Assembly (NCBI RefSeq): GCF_004010195.1
Contig: NC_057749.1
Location: 11,655,496 to 11,699,374, forward strand
Reading direction: 5' to 3'
DNA from: Chiloscyllium plagiosum
Taxonomy: Eukaryota
Length of the DNA stretch: 43,879 nt
Of this stretch, positions 35,501-43,879 are shown one piece after another. The translations under genes and the position numbers were made by a program. A model generated the notes under the pieces. It made no database searches, was not told the DNA's origin, and was given only the letters and a program-made list of their open reading frames with translations. The first letter of the stretch is position 1. Every line of letters begins with the position of its first letter.

Positions 35501-37080
35501 ACATTTTCATTTGACATATCCTGTCGTTTCTACTCTGACTGGCACGTGGCACTAGTAGTAACCCTGAAATCACTACCTTTGAGGTCCAATTTTTTTTTAA
35601 AGATATTTTTATTAGAAATTTAACATTTTTACAAGTTTACAAAAATAAACAAAACTCTCAGATATAAACATTGATATACAATTAGCTCAAATATACAATA
35701 GCCAAAATTTGACAAAAAAAACAAAACAACAAAAAAAACTGAAAAGAAAAAAAAACAAACAAACAAAACTCAACTATCTACTAATCTAACCTACAACTAA
35801 CCAGGGTGTATATTTAAGTCTCTTACATGCTCGGGATGTGTTAGCATCAGATATGATAAAACCCGTATTCGTGCGGGATTCCTCCCCCGAGGGGCCGCGG
35901 ACCAGCCAGGTTTGTAATCTCAATTAAATAAAAGCCCTTGTTAGGATAGCCGAAATATCTGTATTTATGTAATTCAAAAAGGGCTGCCATATTTTATAAA
36001 ATAATTCGGTCTTTCGGTGCACCATATTTGTAAGGAAGTCAAGGGGAATACATTCCATAATTAGTCTGTGCCAATTTGAAAGTCCAGGGGGGCCCTCCGC
36101 CACCCAGTTCATCAAAATATTTTTCCTTGCACAGAAAGAAAGAATAGAAAATAGTCTCTTCCCGTACGTGTCCAGGGAGAGAAAGTTCGAAAAGCCCAAG
36201 AGGAGAGATACGGGGTCCACTTTTATTTCCGTTCCTAAAATAGAGGTCCAATTTTTTAACTTTCTTCCTCGCTCCCTGTGTTGTACTTTTAGAACATCAT
36301 CCCTTTTTTTGCCTATGTTGTTTGTACTGATGTGTCCCACGAGCACTAGCTATTCACCCTCACCCTCCCAAATGTCCTGTACCCACTCTGAGACATTCTT
36401 GATCCTCACATCAGGGAGGCAACATACCATTCTGGAATCTCATTTGTGGCCACAGAAACTCCTGTTTATTCGCCTTACAACTGTGTCCCCTCTATCTATT
36501 CTGTGGCACATTTTTTATCCCTCCCCTCTGCAGCAGAGCCAACTGTAATGCAATGAGTTTGGTTGCTGCTGCTTTCCCTTGAGAAGTCATTCCCCTCAAC
36601 AGTATCAAAACAGTAAGTCTGTTTTGCAGGGGAATGGCCACAGGAGATTCCTGCACTACCTGCCTATCTGTCTGTCTGTCTGTATCTAATGGTCATCCAT
36701 TCTCTTCCTGCCCGCAGAGTCTGAGCCTGTGGTGCAACTATCTCTCTGTACGTGCCATCCACGATACTCTCTGCCTCACAGATGCTCCACAGTATCCCCA
36801 GTTGCCGCTCCAGCTCTGAAACCCAAGCTTCCAGGAGTTGTACCTGCACACATACTGACCTGGGGGACTAGAACTGTCCCAGGCCTGCCACATGGAGCAA
36901 GACAAGGCTTTGAGCTGTCCTACCATGGTTCACCTCTTTAAATTAAACCTTGGAGAGTACTTTATACTAGATTAAATCCAGTTATCTGTGGCCTTTCTTT
37001 CCTGGTCTGTGTACCTCTCTTACAGATTAGAACCCGAAAAAAGTACTCTAAGTGATAGAATTTGTAAGGACTTACCTGCA
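32549..37080 (-). mobile_element. Near-full-length decayed CR1 LINE (ORF1 and ORF2, 3' end lost), interrupted by L1
   Basis: ORF1: Cys-rich start, LLEAWVSELERQL zipper, esterase-like HISTNNIG. ORF2: [43 protein letters not shown]. Confidence 0.9.
35596..36242 (-). mobile_element. L1-clade LINE 3' end (ORF2 C-terminus, 3' UTR, poly(A))
   Basis: CARKNILMNW...FYKIWQPFLNYI, typical of fish-type L1 ORF2 ends; TSD GAGGTCCAATTTTTT at 35581-35595 and 36243-36257. Confidence 0.88.
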
Positions 37081-37729
37081 TTACCCGCTACTCAGTTCTC
37101 TCCATTGTGGTAACTTACAGCAGGGCACGACCACTCACTTTCCCTTGCTTGTGATCCTCATCATGATTTTCTTCTTGTGGTTAGAGGACAGACGGAGGGA
37201 AACACTGAAATAGTGCTTGGGGTTTAACTGTCTCTTGACAACAGTCCCTCCACAAACCCCTGTTTGCAAATGCAAATCTTCACCCCAACTGTCAATCAGC
37301 ATCATCGTCTGCTGGATGCTTGTCTTCACGAAATCAGAGAGTGTCTTGCTGACGTCTTCCTTCTGTTAGTGGTGTCTGTGTCGATGTGAACCTTCACCCT
37401 GACAGCTAATCAGCATCGTCACAGTCCTCTGTTTACCACTTGAAACCTCATTGTTTATAGTTTGTTCATGACTGACAGCTAGGGACTGAGGAGAGTGACT
37501 GGGGACAGTTACCAAAAGTGATCTGGAAAAAGCGATCATGGGGAGTGATCTGGGAGAGTGACTAGTGAGAATCACCCGAGGTTGGGAGTGAGGAGAGTTC
37601 CAAAGGAAATGAGCCGCACCTTATCTCAGTGGTTGAGTTAGTTGTTCTGGGTTCTGCCTCTGAATGGCAGCCTGACTGTGAAAGAGCTAAACCATTATCA
37701 CCGGTCTACCTGTGAATGTCACTCAGTTG

Positions 37730-38052
37730 GGGCGGCACGGTGGCACAGTGGTTAGCACTGCTGCCTCACAGCGCCAGGGACCCAGGTTCAATTCCCGCCT
37801 CAGGCGACTGACTGTGTGGAGTTTGCACATTCTCCCCGTGTCTACGTGGGTTTCCTCCAGGTGCTCCGGTTTCCTCCCACAATCCAAAAGATGTGCAGGT
37901 CAGGTGAATTGGCCATACTAAATTGCCCGTAGTGTTAGGTAAGGGGTAAATGTAGGGGTATGGGTGGGTTTCGCTTCGGCGGGTCGGTGTGGACTTGTTG
38001 GGCCGAAGGGCCTGTTTTCACACTGTAATCTAATCTAATCTAACCTAATCTA
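37730..38052 (+). mobile_element. HE1-type SINE, full length
   Basis: A and B boxes, core, CR1-like tail and (TAATC)n end. Confidence 0.95.
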
Positions 38053-38437
38053 GAATATCTAAATGTTTAGGAATGGCAACTAATTATTTGGATGGATGAA
38101 TCTTGTCAGTTTGGAATTGTATGTTCAGATAATGATCAGTTTAATATTTGCTGTAATGCTACTGTAAAGTACAGCCTCAGTATGCCTGACTATGAGAACT
38201 GTCTGACTGATTTGACCAATTTTAAAGTCTAACTAGTTGCTGAGGCAAAGTACTCCATCATGAACACACCATCTCATACAGAATGTATTTAAACAAGCAT
38301 ACTACTAAGTATAGAACATATCCGACATTTCCTCAGCTTCTTACCTCACCACAATTAAAATGCTTGAGGGAGTGACTTGCATCAAAATGCAGTGACCTTT
38401 TATCATTCGCTCATGTGATATGGACACTACTAGTCAA

Positions 38438-38598
38438 AGAGTCATAGAGATGTACAGCATGGAAACAGACCCTTTAGTCCAACTTGTTCGTGCCAACCAT
38501 GTATTCTAAATTAATCCGTGTCATTTGCCTGCATTTGCCTCTTATCCCACTAAACCCTTCCTATTCATATACCTATCAAGATACCTTTTAAATATTGT
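38438..38598 (-). mobile_element. CR1 3' tail stub
   Basis: AGAGTCATAGAGATGTACAGCATGGAAACAGACC, as at 25959. Confidence 0.85.
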
Positions 38599-39550
38599 AG
38601 AACATACAACTTTACAGTGCAGTACAGGTCCTTCGGACCTTTGATGTTGCACCAACCTGTGGAACCAATCTCAAGCCTATCTATCCGACATTATTCCATT
38701 TTCATCCATATGTTTATCCAATGACCATTTAAATGTCCTTAAACTTGGCGAGTCTACTACTGTTGCAGGCAGTGTGTTCTACGCCCCTATTACTCTGAGT
38801 AAAGAAACTAGCTCTGACATCTGACCTATATTTATCATCCCTCAGTTTAAAACTATGTCCCCTCGTGCTAGCCATCACCATTCGAGTGAAAAGGCTCTCA
38901 CTGTCCACCCTACCTAACCCTCTGATTATCTTGTTTTATCTCACTTAAGTCACCTCTCAACCTTCTTCCCGCTAATGAAAACAGCCTCAGTTCCCTCAGC
39001 CTTCCCTCCATACCAGGCAACATCCTAATAAATCACCTCTGAACCCTTTCTAAAACTTCCACATCCTTCCTCTAATGTGGCAACCAAAACTGCATGCAAT
39101 ACTCCAAGTAAGGCTGCACCAGAGTTTTGTACAGCTGCAAATTGACCTTGTGGCTTCGAAACTCAATCCCTTTACCAATAAAAGCTAACACACCGTATGC
39201 CTTCTTAACAACCCTTCAACCTGGGTGGCAACTTTCAGGGATCAATGTACATGGACACAGAGATCTCTCTGCTCATCTACATTGCCAAGAATCTTGCCAT
39301 TAGCCCAGTACTCTGTATTCCTGTGAATCACCTCACATTTTTCCACATTAAACTCCATTTGCCACCTCTCAGCCCAACTCTGCAGCTTATCTATGTCCCT
39401 CCGTAACCTGCAACATCCTTCAGCACTGTCCACAACTCCACCTTAGTGTCATCCGCAAATTTACTAACCTATCCTTCTATGCCCTCTTCCAGGTCATTTG
39501 TAAAAATGACAAACAGCAGTAGCTCCAAAACAGATCCTAGTAACTGAACT

Positions 39551-39740
39551 AGGAGAAAGTGAGGACTGCAGATGCTGGAGATCAGAGCTGAAAAATGTGT
39601 TGCTGGAAAAGCGCAGCAGGTCAGGCAGCATCCAAGGAGCAGGAGAATCGATGAAGAAGGGCTTATGCCCGAAATGTCGATTCTCCTGCTCCTTGGATGC
39701 TGCCTGACCTGCTGTGCTTTTCCAGCAACACATTTTTCAG
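39551..39740. mobile_element. Penelope-like terminal fragment, foldback, with hammerhead-like core
   Basis: Perfect 15-bp TSD CCTAGTAACTGAACT (39536-39550 and 39741-39755); 64-bp inverted arms; loop TGAAGAAGGGCTTATGCCCGAAA. Confidence 0.8.
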
Positions 39741-39879
39741 CCTAGTAACTGAACTCCAGGTTGAACATTTCCCATCAATCACCACCCTCTATCTCCTTTC
39801 AGTTAACCAATTTCTTATCCAAACGACTAAATCACCCTCAATCCCATGCCTCTGTATTTTGTTCAAACATCTTATTGAA

Positions 39880-40071
39880 TTGGAATGTCATGTTGCAATT
39901 GTACAGGACATTGGTTTGGCCACTTTTGGAATACTGCATGAAATTCTGATCTCCCTGCCATAGTAAAGATGTAGCGAAACTTGACACAGTTCAGAAAAGA
40001 CTTACAAAGATGTTGCCAGGGTTGGAGGGTTTGAGCTATAGAGAGAGGCTGAATGGGCTGGGGCTGTTTTC
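39880..40071 (+). repeat. Inverted 192-bp copy of 41910-42101 (CR1-derived)
   Basis: About 6 mismatches to the reverse complement of 41910-42101. Confidence 0.9.
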
Positions 40072-41670
40072 ACACCAACCACTTTACCCTTATACGCCTG
40101 TTTGGTCACCTTCTCAAAGAACTCAATAAGGTTTGTGAGGCACGACCTACCTTTTACAAAACCGTGTTGACTATCCCTAATCAACTTATTCCTCTTTAGA
40201 TGATTATAAACCCTATCTCTGCCAACCTTTTCCAACACTTTACCCACAACTGAAGTAAGGTGCACTGGTTTGTAATTACCAGGGTTGTCTCTACTCCCCT
40301 TCTTGAACAAGAGGATAACATTTGCTATCCTCCAATCTTCTGGTACTATTTCTGTACACAATCACGGCATAAAGATCAAAGCCAAAAGCTCTGCAATCTC
40401 CTCTTTGGCTTCCCAGAGAATCCTAGGATAAATCGCATCTGTCTCAGGGGACTTATCTATTTTCACACATTCAAGAATTGCTAACACCTCCTCCTTGTGA
40501 ACCTCAATCCTGTCTAGTCTAGTAGTCTGTATCTCAGTATTCTCCTCGACAACATTGCCTTTTTCCAGTGTGAATACCGACAAAAAAATTATTTTAGCGC
40601 TTCGCCTATCTCCTCGGACTTGACACACCACTTCCCACTACTGTCCTTGACTGGCCCTAATCTGACTAAAGTCATTCTTTTATTCCTGATATACCTCTAG
40701 AAAGCTTCAGGTTCTTTCCAAAATCCTACCTGCCAATGACTTCTCATGTCACCTCCTGGCTCTTCTTAGTTCTGTCTTTAGGTCTTTCCTCGCTAGCTTA
40801 TAACTCTCAAGCACCTTAACTGAGCTGATCCTAACATAAGCCTTCTTCTCCCTCTTGACAAGAGATTATACTTCCTTAGTAAAGCATGGCTCCCTCACTC
40901 GGACACCTCCTCCCTGCCTGACAGGTACATATTTATCAGGGACACGCAGGAGCTGTTCCTTAAATAAGCTCCACATTTCAATTGTGCCCATCCCCTGCAC
41001 TTTCCTTCCCCATCATATGCATCCTAAATTCTCCCTAATTGCATCATAATTGCCTTCCCTCAATTATAACTCTTGCCCTGCAGTATATACCGATCCCTTT
41101 CCATCGCTAAAGTAAACATAACTGAATTGTGCTCACTGTCACTAACGTGCTCTCCTACCTCTAAATCTAACGCCTCGCCGGGTTCATTACCCAGTACCAA
41201 ATCCAATATGACCTCACCTCTTATTGGTCTGTCTACATACTGTGTCAACAAAACCATCCTGCACATGTTGGACTAAAACTGACCCATCTAAAGTAATCAA
41301 GCTATAGTATTTCCAGTCAATATTTGGAAAGTTAAAGTCCCCCATAAAAACTATTCTGTTACTCTCGCTCCTATCCAGAATCACCTTTGCCATCCTTTTC
41401 TCGATATTTTGGGAACAATTCAGAGTCCAATGGAAAACTCCCAATAGGGTGAATTTCCCATACCTGTTTCTAACCTCTGCCCAAACTACCTCATTAGATG
41501 AGTCCTCAAACATCCTTTCTGCCACCATAATACTGTCCTTGAAATCAATGCCATACCTCCCCCTCTTTTATCATTATTTCTGTTCTTACTGAAACATCTG
41601 AACTTGGAACCTGCAAATAACCATTCCTGTCCCTGCTCTATCCATGTCTCAGAAATGGTCACAACATCGA

Positions 41671-42145
41671 TAATTGTGCCACGCTCCACCATTTCCTCTG
41701 GCAGCTTATTCCATACATACACCACCCTCTGTGTGAAAAAGTTGCCCGTTAGCTCCCTTTTAAATCTTGCCCCTCACCACCTTAAACCTGTGCTGGCTAG
41801 TTTTGGACTCCTCTACTCTGGGGAAAGGCCTTGGCTATTCACCCTATTGTTGCCTGTCATGATTTTATAAACTTCTATAAGGTCACCCCTCAGCCTCCGA
41901 TGCTCCAGGGAAAACAGCCCCAGCCTATTTAGCCTCTCTCTATAGCTCAAACCCTTCAACCCTGGCAACATCTTTGTACATCTTTTCTGAACTGTGTCAA
42001 GTTTCGCTACATCTTTACTATGGCAGGGAGATCAGAATTTCATGCAGTATTCCAAAAGTGGCCAAACCAATGTCCTGTACAGTTGCAACATGACATTCCA
42101 ACTCCTATACTCAATGCGCAGTCCAAGAAAGGCAAGCGCACCAAA
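41671..42145 (-). mobile_element. CR1 ORF2 C-terminal fragment (separate copy)
   Basis: VWNKLPEEMVE; reverse complement resembles 31900-32380. Confidence 0.88.
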
Positions 42146-42604
42146 CCAGTCAAGCAGCTTACTTTGTCCTAGATGCTTTTAAGCTTCTTGAGTATGCAAA
42201 TTTTCTAAAAAACCTGTTCAGAGATATTTTTATACACATCTGGAGCCAGTTGGATGTGAACCCGGCCTCTTTCCTGACTCATTTTGAGATAATTGCAGCC
42301 TAGTCCCAATACGAGGCTAGTTTTAAGGATTTCCGGGATCCATTTTGTGGGATTATCTGTCTGTTATAAAGACAAAACTTTCCTATTACAAAATATAATT
42401 ACACTCTTGACAATTTGTAACCAGCCTGGGCTTTAAGCCCCAGGGTATTGTGATATGCACTAGGGAGTAACCAGTTAGTATCATTGTGTGTGGCATGGTG
42501 CAGAGTAGAGCATTAGTTCTCAGAGGGAGGAAGCTTTGAGATCAGGTTCCAGCTGTTGTCTCAACTTCTCAAACATTTGACAGTGTAATGTTTTCTGCCC
42601 ATAG

Positions 42605-42784
<180 letters not shown>

Positions 42785-42814
42785 TAACAATAAAATCCTT
42801 GTGTTGCCAAGGAA

Positions 42815-43262
42815 ATATAGAAAATATAAGCAGGAATAGGCCACTTGGCCCTATGAGCCTGCTCTGCTATTCAGTAATGATAAGGACTGATCATCCAACT
42901 CAGTATCCTCCTCCCAGTTTCTCTGCATAATAGCCTATATCTAAGTTCTTGAAAACATTCAGCATTTTAGCCTCAGCTGCGTGCTGTAGTTGAGAATTTC
43001 AACAGCTCACCAAATTTCTCTTTATTTCAGTCCTCAAGGGTCTACTCCATATCCTCCATCTGTGAGCCCTGGTTCTGGATTCCGCAGACATTGAGAACAT
43101 GTTTCCTGCTTTTACCCCTGTTTAAATTGTATTGGTTTCTATGAGAATCCCTCTCTCTTCTAAATATATCCCTCTCTCTTCTTTAGTAAATATAATTGTA
43201 TCCAATCCAGTCTCTTTTCAGCCCTGCCATCCCAGCACTCAGTCTAGTGATTTGATGCCACC
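42815..43262 (-). mobile_element. Old CR1 3' end
   Basis: GCAGGAATAGGCCACTTGGCCC..AGCCTGCTC is the reverse of the CR1 tail seen at ~22800-22845. Confidence 0.65.
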
Positions 43263-43409
43263 AGGAATTGGATACTCACTGAGGTGGCTGTGCTTTATTC
43301 TGAAACTCGATACAGATATTGACCTCCGTAAACTAAAGGCAACAGAATCACTACAAAATGTGTTGGACTAAATACGTAACTGTGAAGGACAATAGCAAGT
43401 TTAACTTTG

Positions 43410-43879
43410 TACTGACCTAGTTTTTTTTTAAAAGGTTACTTTTAGAGGGATGGCAGTGAAGGCAGTGCAATGTTCCTCTTGCAACACGTTTGAGGTGAGG
43501 GATGCCATGGTCGTCCCTGCTGATTACACTTGCAGGAAATGCACCCATCTCCAGCTCCTCCAAGACCGTGTTAGGGAACTGGAGCTGGAGTTGGATGAAC
43601 TTAGGGTCATTCGGGAGGCAGAGGGGGTCATAGATCGGAGCTTTAGGGAAGTAGTAACTCCAAAGATGGCAGATAGATGGGTGACAGTGAGGGGGACTGG
43701 GAGGAAGCAGCCAGTGCAGGGAACCCCTGCGGCCGTTCCCCTCAAGAACAAGTATACCATTTTGGATACTTGTGGGGGGGACTGACTTACCAGGGTAAGC
43801 AATAGGGTTCAGGATTCTGGCACGGTGCCTGTCCCCGTTGCTCAGAAGGGAAGGGTGGAGAAGAGCAGAGCAATACTAA
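43410..43879 (+). mobile_element. CR1 LINE 5' end, ORF1 (zinc finger and leucine zipper), runs off the window
   Basis: ORF 43450-43785 MAVKAVQCSSC...TCRKC..LQLLQDRVRELELELDEL, homologous to the ORF1 at 36600-36930. The early stop after a G run is probably a frameshift. Confidence 0.88.

Larger units (their letters stand above)
38599..41670 (-). mobile_element. CR1 LINE ORF2 (APE to RT) and 3' UTR, decayed, with two inserts
   Basis: VTISETW, MGDFNFPNIDW, DNPGNYKP, QHGFVKGRSCLTNLIEFF, WQMEFNVEKCEV. Confidence 0.92.

Overview
Eukaryotic, almost entirely transposon-derived DNA. The HE1-type SINEs paired with CR1/HER1-type LINEs point to a shark or other elasmobranch (inference). I recognise no host protein-coding exon. 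Main contents: (1) a full-length, decayed class I endogenous retrovirus on the minus strand (4671-13651) with two ~660-bp LTRs, a 4-bp TTTC target-site duplication (TSD), a perfect tRNA-Pro primer-binding site, gag-UAG-pro-pol and env; (2) the ERV sits in a Tx1-type LINE 3' end, which sits in an unrecognised non-coding ~1.8-kb element arranged head-to-tail, whose junctions fall at a TATA-like site next to a conserved dyad; (3) a 5'-truncated Tx1 element spanning an assembly gap; (4) a solo LTR and a decayed Gmr1-like Gypsy element with integrase before RT; (5) a ~2.9-kb satellite of 43-bp units with a 7-mer higher-order repeat and RSS-like motifs; (6) many CR1 LINEs, an L1 3' end and a 190-bp Penelope-like foldback insertion with a hammerhead-like core. 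Coordinates and mismatch counts were read by eye and may be off by a few bases.
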